Assembly: GCA_964016885.1 (NCBI GenBank)
Contig: OZ024741.1
Location: 374,480,001-374,544,000, forward strand
DNA length: 64,000 nt
Source: Eledone cirrhosa
Taxonomy: Eukaryota
Reading direction: 5' to 3'
The notes beneath the pieces are model-generated. The model was not told where the DNA came from. It was given only the letters and a program-made list of their open reading frames with translations, and ran no database searches. Shown here piece by piece: positions 20,283-32,251 of the stretch (its first letter is position 1; the number at the start of each line of letters is the position of its first letter). A program made the translations under genes and the position numbers.

Positions 20283-22757
20283 AGAGAAGACTATCAAGTG
20301 GCCAGGAGGGAAGCTAGGAGACAAGTGTACTTCGCAAGAAGGGAAGCAGAGGAAAGAAAGTTCAAGCATGTTCTACAACGTGAGGACCAAAAACGTGAGG
20401 TGTTCAGGATTGCCAGGCAATGTGTCAAGGAAAACCGTGATATTGTCGGGGAGAAGTGTGTACTTAACGATGATGGCATACTTGCCATCACCGACGCTGA
20501 TAAGAAGGTAGCTTGGAAGTGTCACTACGAAAGGCTTCTACATGAGGAGAACAAATGGGAGAAAGACAGTCTCCCCCACATCGACCCAATAGAGGGACCA
20601 GCAGTGTTAGTCCAAGGCAATCAAAGATATGAAGACGGGTAAGGCGGCTGGTCCTTCGGAAATAGTTGCTGAGATGCTGAAGGCATCTGGCACGGTGGGA
20701 CACACCTTGGTCACCCGGATAGTTAACCAAGTCGTACAGAATGGGGTTGTTCCGAAGGACTGGCGTAGCAGCATCATCGTTAACTGCTATAAGGGAAAAG
20801 GAGATGCCCGAGATAGGAGTAACTATAGAGGCATTAAATTAATCGACCAGGTCATGAAGGTCACGGAAAAAGTAATAGCGCAACTAATCAGAGAGAGAAT
20901 TGATCTAGATGAAATGCAGTTCGGATTTGTGTCAGGCAAAAGTACCACAGACGCTCTTTTCATTGTACGACAACTACAGGAGAAGTACCTAGCTAAAAGT
21001 AAACCCCTATACTTAGCTTTCGTCGACTTGGAGAAAGCCTTCGACAGAGTCCCCCATTCCATTATCTGGTGGTCTCTTAGAAAACTAGGTGTTGACGAAA
21101 GGCTTGTGAGAGCTATACAAGCCATGTATAAAGAAACAGTCAGTAAGGTTAGAATTAACAACGAATATAGTGAAGAGTTTAGCGTAAAAGTTGGTGTCCA
21201 TCAGGGCTCTGTTCTTAGCCCCCTACTATTTATTATTGCCCTTCAGGCTATAACAGAGGAGTTCAAGACCGGCTGCCCATGGGAACTCCTATACGCAGAT
21301 GATCTAACGCTCATAGCTGAATCAATGACCGAACTAGAGAAGAAATTCCAAACATGGAAGCACGGCCTAGAATCAAAAGGCCTTAAAATTAACCTGGCTA
21401 AGACTAAAGTTCTAGTTTGTAGGAAAGAAAATAAGGCGGCAGTCCCATCTGGGAAATGGCCATGCTCAGTGTGTAGGAAAGGCGTAGGTAGAAACTCCAT
21501 TTTATGTCCCAAATGCAAAGTATGGGTGCATAAAAGATGTAGTGGGATCACAGGTAAGCTAACTAAGAACATAGATTTTACATGTGGCCGGTGCTCTGGT
21601 GCAATAAGTAGCAGCAAGTGCCCACAAAATACTAGCTCCTTCAACTGCGCAGAGGGTTCTATAGAAATAGTGGACAGCTTCCGTTACCTGGGTGACAAAA
21701 TCAGCAGTGGGGGAGGGTGCTCTGAAAGTACAGTAGCTAGAGTCAGAACTGGATGGAAAAAGTTCAGAGAGCTTATACCACTATTAGCCGCTAGAGGGTT
21801 CTCCCTAAAAATGAAAGGCAGGTTATATGATGCCTGCATACGAACAGCAATGCTGCATGGCAGTGAGACCTGGGCATTGTGTGCAGAGGATATACGCAGA
21901 CTAGAGAGGAACGAAGCTTGCATGCTCCGCTGGATGTGCAATAGTAATATACGTGAACGGCAAAGCATAAACGAACTAAGGAAAAAATTAGAAATAAGAG
22001 GGATCAGATGTTGTTTACTCGAGAGAAGGCTACGTTGGTACGGTCACGTGATGCGCATGAAAGACGACAGCTGTATAACAAAGTGCAGGGCAATAAAGAT
22101 AGACGGTAGCCACGGAGTAGGCAGACCCAGAAAAACATGGGACGAGCTGATAAATTCCGACCTCACACGCTTACATCTCTCCAAGACAATGTCACTGGAC
22201 CGAGACCTTTGGCGGTACTCAGTAATAGAGAAGACCCGCCTTACCTAAATACAAAGTAAAAACCTACTACAGTCAGTAGGCATCTCTATCAACCCCCCCC
22301 CCCCCCCCCGTCCCACCACCTCCACCCCATCCACACCGCCCCTTTCAATGTAAAGTTATGTTGGTCCCACAACATCCAGGCCGAAACAAATGAGATCGTG
22401 TAGGTGTCACGACAAAAAAACACACAGTCCACGCTGTAAATGTGGCCGTGTAGGCAACACGGTAAAAACCTCCCAGCCCCACACTGTAAATGTGGTTGGT
22501 GTTAGGAAGGGCATCCAGCTGTAGAAAACCCGCCAGACAGTCCACGCTGTAATGTGGCCGTGTAGGCAACATGGTAAAAACCTCCCAGCCCCACACTGTA
22601 AATGTGGTTGGTGTTAGGAAGGGCATCCAACTGTAGAAAACCCGCCAGACAGTCCTATGCGAGCAAGACAACCACTCTTGCCTCAAGTGGGAAAACCCCC
22701 GTCCAAACCCATGCAAGCGTGGAACACGGACGCTAAACCTGATGATGATGATGATGA
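20283..22757 (+). mobile_element. RTE LINE family A, 5'-truncated, intronic in ACO1
   Basis: ORFs 20298-20642 and 20629-22248 (frameshift/deletion near 20610) contain NYRGIKL, FVDLEKAFDRV, GVHQGSVLSP and LYADD. The ~500-nt 3' UTR has an internal ~113-bp duplication and a (GAT)n tail. Confidence 0.95.
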
Positions 22758-22934
22758 TATATATAATATAGTAAAATAAAAATTATATATTTATTTATAC
22801 ATTGTATATATTATATTATTTACAATTTGCATGTAGGCAGGTCTCTTTGGATATAGGGTTGGGGGCGCTGGGGGTATTATGTGGCCGTGAGTGGGGCAGT
22901 GGCCCGAAAGTTTAGAATCTCTGATGTTTATGAA

Positions 22935-23690
22935 CAGCATTGTTATGCGGTAGTGAGACCTGGGCGAAATGAAGCTGGCATGCTTCAATGAATGTGTAAT
23001 ATACATGAACGGCAAAGCATTAATGAACTGAGAGAGAAACTGGGCATATGAGGGATAAGATACAATGTGCAGGAGAGGAGATTGCATTGATAGGGATATG
23101 CGATGCGTTTGAAGGATGACAGCTGTATAAAAAGGTGCAGGACACTCAAAGTTGATAGCTTATGGACTAGGATGGCTTGGGATGAGGTGATAAAAGTTGA
23201 CCTTGATCAATTACACCTCTCAAAAGCAATGGCACAGGATCGAAATCTCTGGCTTTATACAGTGATGCAGAAGACTCGCCTTCCCATGTGCACAGGTTGA
23301 AGCATACATCTAGTATGCAACACTTTCCCTTACTGCCCCTTTCCCCTTCCATACAACCCCTATGTCCTAACACCCTACCCATCATCCACACACCCATCCT
23401 TCACCAGATAAGTGTCCCACTCTAGATCTACCTCTCCAATCCCTGTGCACCTCCCCTGCCCAGTCCACACTAAAGTAATTTTGTAGGTGTCACGATAAAA
23501 AGCACCCAGTCCACTCTGTAAATGTAGTTGGCATTAGGAAGGGCATCCAGCTTTAGAAACAAAGCCAAAATCAATTCTGTATGAGTGACACATATGGTCA
23601 TCTGATCTGGCTTGTCTCACAACTGGACAACTCATTTAACCCAAGCCTAACATGGAAAAAAAAATGAACATTAAATAGTGAAGATAATGA
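22935..23690 (+). mobile_element. Degenerate RTE 3' fragment
   Basis: Translation MRLKDDSCIKRCR...WDEVIKVDL...KTRLP, and a 3' UTR with the ttaggaagggcatccag motif. Confidence 0.75.
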
Positions 23691-24104
23691 GGGTGAATGC
23701 TGTTGTTTGTTGTTATCTATATAATCCTTTGCATTTACTGCCCATGTCTCACAGCCATGCAATATGGTACTTCTCATGCGAGCATCACATAATCTACCCT
23801 TTGCTCGTAAAGCAATTTTTGTTACCAAGACAGGTAATACCTCAAACTTTCTACAGCCTTTACTATGCGTTTCAGAGCAAATTCCTCCACTGTTAATTAG
23901 GTCACCTTAATTTTTAAACCCCAGTTTATTTTCAAAAAGCCAGTACAATGTGGTAGAAATATACGAAGGACAACTGATAACATTGTACCAGCTTTTTGAA
24001 AATTATCAGTTTTTTGCTCCATATCTTATAATGCTTCGTATTAACTGCACTACCTTAGATCATTTTTTCAAATGATGATGATGATGAAATCATTTTTTCT
24101 TCAG

Positions 24105-24227
24105 ATGGATGTATTTGATGCAGCTGAAAAATATAAGCAGAACAAAGACAGTGTTATCATATTAGCAGGGAAAGAATATGGCTCTGGTTCTTCTAGAGAC
24201 TGGGCAGCTAAAGGACCTTGGATGCTG
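24105..24227 (+). CDS. ACO1: ACO1/IRP1 exon ([41 protein letters not shown])
   Basis: ttcttcag acceptor and gtaagt donor. 123 nt. [10 protein letters not shown] motif with the catalytic Ser region of aconitases. Confidence 0.97.
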
Positions 24228-25549
24228 GTAAGTTGATAAGTTATATTTCCATTGTCATTAACCCTTTCACTAACATATTTCTTTGGTACGGATATGTGAT
24301 GCGCATTGATGTTGATGATAGAAGTGCCAGTGGAATGAGGCCGCGGTAGAGGTAGACCAAGAAAGACCTAGGCAGAGGTGGTGAGAGCTGACCTTAAATG
24401 GCTGAGACTTGTAGAGGAGATGACAAAGGAATGCAGCGAGTGGAGAGATACTGTGCTGAGAAGGATGCATGCAACCCATGCAAGCGTGGAAAAATGGACA
24501 TAAAAACAATGATGATTTCTAATGAAAGCCAATGTCTATAATTTTCAAAATAATCAAGAATTTGAAGGGATTCAGTAATATAATGAACTTTCTTATTACT
24601 AAGTTGGTGTTTGAAACTTAACTTAACAAAGGTTCTTATATAAAAAAAAATATGAGGTTTTTAGATAAATATAAATACTAGCGTGGAAGATAGACGTTAA
24701 ACAAACTTTAAAACAGTTTTATATCATAGAACCAGAGAGGTTTTTAGGCAGTTTGGTAACAAAGGGTTAAAATGTCTATTGGGAATTACTCTATTAATCA
24801 GCTGTATTGAAGAAATAACAAATATAGTTTATTTTTTCAAATAATGAAGATGATGATGAAATTATTTTTTCTTCAAATATAACTTGCCAAGACTAAAGAG
24901 GAGTCTTCTCTTCTCTAAATTGTCTATTTAGTCACCAACTACTTTATACTGTATACTGAGTGAATTTTAAGGCACCAACACTGAAGAGGTTGCTTTGCCT
25001 CTACATAGCACAAGTGACTGAGAGTGTAATTTGAAAGGCACTGATGGCCAAATAAGGAGAGAAGTATGAAGAGAGGGGTAGGATGGTGGATGGAAGAGAA
25101 AGAATAGTAGCTACATATTGGTAGTTGGGTGTGTTGTGTAAGGTGAGAAAGTTGGTGCTGGACAACAATGTGTGTGATGGTTTTAAATAAAATATTTCAT
25201 TCTCTTTGCTTACATTTACAAAGTTAAAATGAGAATTCATTTAATTCCTTGAGCCTCCAAGGCTGGGAGGTATCCCCAAACCAGAGACTTGGTCTGAATG
25301 CTTGTAACATTGGACTCCACTAGACATCCATGGGCCAGTTAGTGGTGTTAAACCAGGCAACAGAGTGAGCCACTACTAGTGCAATTTAATGTTTAAGTTG
25401 CTATGACTACTACAGGTAACAAGTCTTATACCATAGTACAATCTTGATGGAATGGCTAAAAGAACAGACTTGTACTACTTCAGGGTCATCACAAAATACT
25501 ATTTGATCATTTTCATGTTTTAGTTTGTAACTAGTTTGATAGCAATATA

Positions 25550-25972
25550 CGCCCAATCCACACTGTAAAGTGGTCGTTTAGGTGCCGCAACAAAAGTGCC
25601 CAGTTCACACTGTAAAGTGGTCGTTTTTGTGCCATGACAAAAAAACATACTGTAAAGTGGTCGTTTTGGTGCCATGACAAAAAACGTACTGTAAAGTGAT
25701 CGTTTTAGTGCCACGACAAAAGCGCTCTGCCCATCAGTTCACACTGTAAAGTGGTCATGTTGGTGACATGATAAAAAGCGTCCTGGCCACACTAAAGTGG
25801 TCATGTTGGTGCTACGATAAAAAGCACCACACTGTAAATGTGATCAGTGTTAGGAAGGGTAGAATAAGTTCTGTATGGGCAAAACATGGTTGTCTGATCT
25901 GACTTGTTTCACAACAGGACAACTCATCTAACCCATGCTAGCATACAAAAATAAACAGATGGTGATGATGAT
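25550..25972 (+). repeat. RTE-3'UTR/SINE-derived element with an expanded ~37-49-bp subrepeat array
   Basis: Repeated cacactgtaaagtggtc...gtgcca.gacaaaa units, followed by ttaggaaggg...aacccatgctagc...(GAT)n. Confidence 0.75.
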
Positions 25973-26121
25973 CGGAGACATTGTGAAAAGATAAAAAAAA
26001 AAGAATATGTATTATAGGGCTTATGGGTTTCTGTTGGCTAAGGTTGTGTGTCAATGTTGAGAAAATTTAATTGTACATAATATATTTATTTATTTATATA
26101 TTCCTTTTCGTATTTATCTAG

Positions 26122-26307
26122 GGTGTCCGTGCTGTGCTGGCTGAAAGCTATGAACGAATTCATCGCAGTAACCTCATTGGGATGGGTATTATTCCTTTAC
26201 AATATCTGCCAGGCGAATCAGCTGAATCCCTTGGCCTTACTGGAAAAGAACAGTATAATATTACTGTACCATCAGTGATGAGACCTCAGCAAACAACAAC
26301 TGTTGAA
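26122..26307 (+). CDS. ACO1: ACO1/IRP1 exon ([32 protein letters not shown]...TTTVE)
   Basis: tatctag acceptor and gtaagt donor. 186 nt. [16 protein letters not shown] motif. Confidence 0.97.
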
Positions 26308-26349
26308 GTAAGTTCTTATCTTTTCTCTCTCTCTCAGACTTTTTAGGCA

Positions 26350-26830
26350 CTAAAAAGCACTCAGTCTACACTGTAAAATGGTTGTATAGGTGACACAACA
26401 AAAAGTGCCCAGTCAACTCTGTAAAGTGGTTGTATAGTTGTCACAACAAAAAGTACCCAGTCAATTCTGTAAAGTGGTTGTATAGGTGACACAACAAAAA
26501 GTGCCCAGTCAACTCTGTAAAGTGGTTGTATGGTTGTCACAACAAAAAGTACCCAGTCCACACTGTAAAATGGTCATGTAGGTGTCATGACTAAAAACAC
26601 CCAGCCACACTGTAAAGTGTTTTTTCTTTTTGGTGCTTCAATGAAAAGCACCCAGTATATACTGTAAATGTGGTTAGCATTAGGAAGGGCATCCAGTCAT
26701 AGAAACCAAATCAAAATCAGTTTTGTATGAGCAAGACAGTCATCTGATCTGGCTTTTCTCATAACAGGACAACTTGTCCATGTTAGTGTAGAAAAATGGA
26801 CAGTAAACGGTGATGATAATGACGATGATG
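26350..26830 (+). repeat. RTE-3'UTR/SINE-derived element with a ~49-bp tandem subrepeat array
   Basis: About 6 copies of cccagtcaactctgtaaagtggttgtataggtgacacaacaaaaagt, followed by the SINE-like tail. Confidence 0.8.
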
Positions 26831-27640
26831 GTTTAAATAATTAGTTTCTTTTTACTTTCTTTTTTTTTTGGTAATATGAAAGGGAAAGAAGAAATTTAGG
26901 AATAACTGGCGGTACTAACAAAAACTTGGTTTTTAAATGAAACTGAAACGTTATTTGTAAATTTTTTATATATTGAGGATATGGACAAGTCTCTTTCTTT
27001 CTCTGGGTTTCGTCCTACTGCTTTGCCTTGTAGAGCTTATCTATTTCTGGGTGGCAATTGACTGCAAACACACTGTTATGGAGCAGTAGTGAAGCAATAG
27101 TTAACTGGTTTAACTATTTCTGGAAGAAATCAGCTAAGTTTAGACCTGGAGAAGGGATGGGTTCTACCATGTTTAAAATGTTCAATATAAGCTGTGTCTC
27201 AGCGGTGCCCCTATGACTCTGTGGTTTTGGTATCATGATAAAAAGCCCCCAATATACACTGCAAATATGGTTGGCATTAGGAAGGGCATCCAGCCTTAGA
27301 AACCAAGCCCAAACCAATTCTGTATGAGCAAGACAAGGTCACCCTAGCTGGCTTGTCTCACAACAGGACAACTTGTTTAACCCATGCTAGCATGAAAAAA
27401 ATTAGACGTTAAATGGTGATGATGATGGCAAATGCTGTTATTTGTTGTGGTGTTAGGAAGGGCATCCAGCTGTTTTAGAAACTAAGCCAGAAATGGTTCT
27501 ATATGAGCAAGATGCAATCACCTTATCTGAATAACCTGTCTGACCCATGTTAGTGTGGAAAATGTACATTAAATGGTGATGATGAAACTAACTATTATGT
27601 ATATTTCTCTTTATTGTAATATTTTAATGAACGTTAAATG

Positions 27641-27671
<31 letters not shown>

Positions 27672-27680
27672 CATTTACAG

Positions 27681-27791
27681 CTGAACACTGGGAAGACATT
27701 TGATGTGCTTTTACGATTTGATACCGATGTAGAGTTGACGTATTTTGCCAATGGTGGCATTCTGAATTATATGATACGTGGCATGTTATGA
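27681..27791 (+). CDS. ACO1: ACO1/IRP1 terminal coding exon ([36 protein letters not shown])
   Basis: Poly-T tract plus acag acceptor. [22 protein letters not shown] is the IRP1 C-terminus. TGA at 27789-27791. Confidence 0.97.
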   Translation: MNTGKTFDVLLRFDTDVELTYFANGGILNYMIRGML

Positions 27792-28174
27792 TGTTGACTT
27801 GAAAGGATAGAGATATTTTTTACTGGATCTTACTGAGGGAGTCACTACTTCAAAACTGCTGCTTTGTGAGCAGTAATCAATGGTTGCCTTCTAAGATTTT
27901 AAGTAATAAATTAATCCATACTTGTCCTTTATTGATGAGGTAACATTAGCGATGTGTTTGTTATGCTTACGTAGACTCACTAACACTGGTTTACAGTTAG
28001 GAAAGTTGCCGTTATCGATGCTACTGTTTAAAATATTTTAACATTATATCTACATACAGCAATCAATACATTGGGCATCTGGAAGAATCATGTGTAAGGC
28101 AATTGTTTTAGTTATTGGAAGGATAACATCAATGTATGGGTGGTATCTAACATCCCGGTCTATGGCTACTTTTT

Positions 28175-28180
28175 AATAAA
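28175..28180 (+). terminator. Probable ACO1 polyadenylation signal (alternative AATAAA at 27905-27910)
   Basis: AATAAA about 385 nt after the stop codon, followed by a U/GU-rich downstream tract. Confidence 0.55.
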
Positions 28181-28822
28181 ACTTATTATTTCATTTCTTT
28201 TCTCATTCTGTTATTTGTTTTTATTATTTATTTTATTTTAACATATTTACATGAATGTTAACATAGTGCCAGTAAATGGATGTTGTGAAGAGAAATTGAA
28301 TGTGATGTGTTGAGGAAGGATGAAACTGACTGAGTGCAAGGAATGATGGAAATAAATGTAGAAGGAAGTAGAGGAGGGAGAAGTCCAAAAAAGACATGGC
28401 TTAAGATGATGGTGGAGGAAATGTCCATTGGATGCAAAAGTGCACATGGTATTTGGTTTATTTGCTGAACTTAACACATACAAATCATTTGTCAACTGGA
28501 CTCCCAAAGGATAGCTTATATTTTGTAGTACTAAAAACATCTACCTACAAGAACCAAATCTTTTATTTGCTAATTATCTTGTATATTTTGCCGAGGTTAA
28601 CTTTGCCTTTCATCCTTACGGGGTCGATAAAATAAAGTACCAGTAATGCACTGGGTCATTGCTGGCCTTGTGCCAAAAGTAGAAACTATATTTTAACTAT
28701 GGTAGTTAGTAAATTTTTTTCTGTGGTATGAAACAGCTGTATAGGTATAATTAGTAATGTAAATGATAATTTTATGTTCTGATTTTCTACCTTGTCATAT
28801 GTATTCCGAGATATAATTATTA

Positions 28823-29435
28823 CTCGAGAGAAGGCTACGTTGGTATGGTCACGTGATGCGCATGAAAGACGACAGCTGTATAAAAAAGTGCAGGGCAATA
28901 AAAATAGACGGTAGCCACGGAGTAGGCAGACCCAGAAAAACCTGGGACGACTTGATAAATTCCGACCTCACACAGTTACACCTCTCCAAGACAATGTCAC
29001 TGGACCGAGATCTTTGGCGGTACTCAGTAATAGAGAAGACCCGCCTTACCTAAATACAAAGTAAAACCTACTACAGTCAGTAGGCACCTCTAACAAAATA
29101 CACCCCTGTCCCACTACCCCCACCCATCCACACCGCCCCTTTCAATGTAAAGTTATGTTGGTACCACAACATCCAGGCCGAAACAAATGAGGTCGTGTAG
29201 GTGTCATGACAAAAAAACACACAGTCCACGCTGTAATGTAGCCGTGTAGGTAACATGGTAAAAACCTCCCAGTTCCACACTGTAAATGTGGTTGGTGTTA
29301 GGAAGGGCATCCAGCCGTAGAAAACTCGCCAGACAGTCCTATGCGAGCAAGACAACCACTGTTGCCTCAAGTGGGAAAACTCCCGTCCAAACCCATGCAA
29401 GCGTGGAATACGGACGTTAAACGATGATGATGATG
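28823..29435 (+). mobile_element. RTE LINE family A 3' fragment
   Basis: Near-identical to 22017-22757 but lacking the 113-bp UTR duplication. (GAT)n tail. Confidence 0.92.
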
Positions 29436-29589
29436 AATTATTATTGTTTGTGTAATATTATATTGTGGTTATGCTCTGGAATATATTTTTTTGCCTCTAA
29501 TTTCCATTGAGCTTTTATGGACCAAAAGAATCAATAAGCTTTTATTTTGATTTATTTATGCCTGTTTTGTATATATACATATATAAATA

Positions 29590-30390
29590 TGGATGAGTTC
29601 AAGGCAAAATTCCAGGCATGGAAGAAAAACCTAGAATTGAAATCCCTAAAATTTAACTTAGCCAAGACTAAATCTTAAGGAGGAAGGCAGACGGAATGCT
29701 GTTACTATCAGAGAAGTGACCTTGCTTCATGTGTTGAGAAGAGGTGGGTAGAATCTCCATAAAGTACACGCAGTTTAATCTATGGATGCGCAAAGAAAGA
29801 AGATTTTGTATGTGGCAATGGATAGGACAACTAAGCACTAAGAGCGCATGTGAAATAGACTTGTTCAGCTGCCAGGGAGGCTCACTAGAAGTTGATGACA
29901 GCTTTGGTTACCTAATGGACTTAATCAACAGTAGGGGGAGGATGCTCTGAAAGTGTGATAGCCAGGGTAAGAATGGGATGGAAGAAGTTTAGGGAGTTAT
30001 TTACCTCAACTGACAATAAAGGGTTTCTCTTTCAGAGTGAAGGGTAGACTATGAACTATATTGCTACATAGTAAATCATGGGCATTGATTGCAGAAGACT
30101 AGAAAGAAATGAAGTGAGTATGCTCTGATGGATATGTAATGTTAGTATATCTGAACAACATAGCATATGTGGGCTGAGAGAAAAACTTGGCATAAGAATT
30201 GGTTGTATTGTGCAAGAGAGAAGATTGCATTAGTATGAACATGTGATGTGTATGGAAGATGTCAACTGTATAGAAGAGGCAGACCCAGAAAGATATTGGA
30301 TGAAGTAGTGAGGACTACCCTTAAGCTGAATCTCACAATGGTGATGGCAAAGGACCGTGAGGACTGGTGAAGACCTGCTTTGACACATGC
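29590..30390 (+). pseudogene. Highly degenerate RTE ORF remnant
   Basis: Interrupted similarity to the RTE C-terminal region (LEVDDSFGYL, RVRMGWKKFREL, RLERNE, RPRK) with many stops and frameshifts. Confidence 0.7.
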
Positions 30391-31258
30391 ATGTGTCCCC
30401 ATCTTTCACTATCATCCCATTGTAGCTATCTTCTCTATCACATTACACTCTCACAACCCCACTCATAGCAGCTATTTATGGTACCACTGTTGACCCCAAC
30501 CCCTAGTGTATCTAGAATCACCTCTACCCTTCATAAATCCTAACACCCACACTCTATCCTGGTTTACCAACCACTCTTCCCAGGATCTGCCACTCTAGAA
30601 CCCTGACACACCAATCGTAATCCTGTAGTAGCTGTTATCACCATAGTACCTCCCACACTATTGGAGGTCACTCGTCACCCTTCATCCTTTCAAATCTCAC
30701 TACCTCTTCACTCTTGGCATACACCCTTGACATAACCACCATCGTCATTAGGGTAGAGAGGGCTCTTCAGTTGAGTCAATGACTGACAACCTCTATTGCT
30801 GGTGTCATGAAAAATGCACCCAGTAAACCCTGTAGAAGGAAGGATATCCCACTAGAGAAACAATGCCAAAAAGGGTCAAGAGGACTCTTAGTTGTTTCAG
30901 GGGCACAGCAGCTGCTCTAGTGTTGGTAATCTCCATGGTAAATTCATCCAGTACCCTCTGTAAAGTGGTTAGTGATAGGAAGGGCAACCTGCCAAACAAA
31001 GTATTGGGAGGACTCTTCAGGTGTATCAAAGACAACCTCCTTAATGCTGGTACCATTATAAAACTCACTTGGAAGAGCATGTGAGATGTGGGTCCCTGGC
31101 CTTTCATAGCAATCAACAGAATGAGGGAACATATGTTAGCAAAATGCAGACCCTGCCAGCCCATTTGAGAGGTCAGTAGCTTGAACACTGGTTTCTGATG
31201 ACACATCTAACCTTTGCTAGCAGGGAAAACAGACATTAAACAAATGATGATAAATATA

Positions 31259-31462
31259 TACAAGAGTCTGCTGAAAAGTTCATAGACTGACTATGAAGGA
31301 GTGATGATGCTAGAGCTGTGAAATCTTGCATGCATAATTTCAATTCTTTCTATCAATAACTGCATTGTTTTTTTCAAGAGTATATGTTGAAAAATAAACT
31401 TCATTTGGTAACTCAATGAGAGTATCTTGGTCAGCCTATGAACTTTTCAGCCAACCCTTTTA
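31259..31462. mobile_element. Mariner-type MITE (inverted copy of 17593-17793)
   Basis: Same ctgaaaagttcata TIRs and same internal sequence in reverse orientation, with TA flanks. Confidence 0.75.
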
Positions 31463-31471
31463 TATATGTAA

Positions 31472-31625
31472 GGGTGCAAACATGGTATGTGGGTAAGGAG
31501 TTTGCTTTTCAACCACATGATTCTGGATTCAGTCCTGCTGTGTCATACCTTGGGCAAATGTCCTCTATAGCCTCAGGTTGACCAATGCCTTGTGAGTGGA
31601 ATTTGGTAGACAAAAACTTCAGAAA
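31472..31625 (+). mobile_element. tRNA-derived SINE
   Basis: A/B-box-like head (tggtatgtgggtaag...ggattcagtcc). Homologous copies at 44609-44780 (+), ~39500-39650 (-) and ~50980-51140 (-). Confidence 0.6.
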
Positions 31626-32251
31626 ACCATCAAAATAGCATCAGCAACAGCATCAATTAGCGTCCATTTTCCAAAGTCATATCGTTCATGCACACTAACA
31701 TTACATATCCATTGGATCATTCTCTCTTCATTTCTTCTCAGGTCTTCTACATGTCAAAGCCCATACCACACTGCTGTTAGGTCCCTTAGCAGTTTCACAA
31801 AAAAAGGGATTAATGAAATAATTACCAGACTTCAAAAAAATAAATATTGAGGTCAATAAGATTGACTAAATCAAGGAGCTGCTCGCACTCTGACTGAAAT
31901 CAATAAAATAAAAGAATAAATCATGTGAAGGTGCTAGTCTTTGTGGTTAGAGCATTCAGTTCATGATCATAATGTGATTTCAATTCCTAGTGTGTTGTGT
32001 CCTTGAACAAGACACTTTATTTTTCATTGCTCCAGTGCACTCAGTCTAAAAATATAAAGTTGCACCTGTAATTCAATGGGCCAACCTTCACATGGTTTAT
32101 TCTGTGTCATGCTGAATCTCCCCGAGAACTACATTAAAAATTCCTGTGTCTGGAATGCTCAGTCACTTGCACGTGAATTTCATAAGTTGGCTGTTCCATT
32201 GATCAAATTAATTGAAACCCTCATTGTCGCCACCAACAGAGATCCTACAAT

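Noticed and set aside
9595-27791. Mitochondrial aconitase (ACO2) or a bacterial acnA contaminant
   Set aside because: The motifs and C-terminus ([21 protein letters not shown]) match the cytosolic IRP1 family, and the gene has spliceosomal GT-AG introns.
27792-28200. Iron-responsive element in the ACO1 3' UTR (autoregulation)
   Set aside because: No CAGUGN loop on a C-bulged stem was seen.
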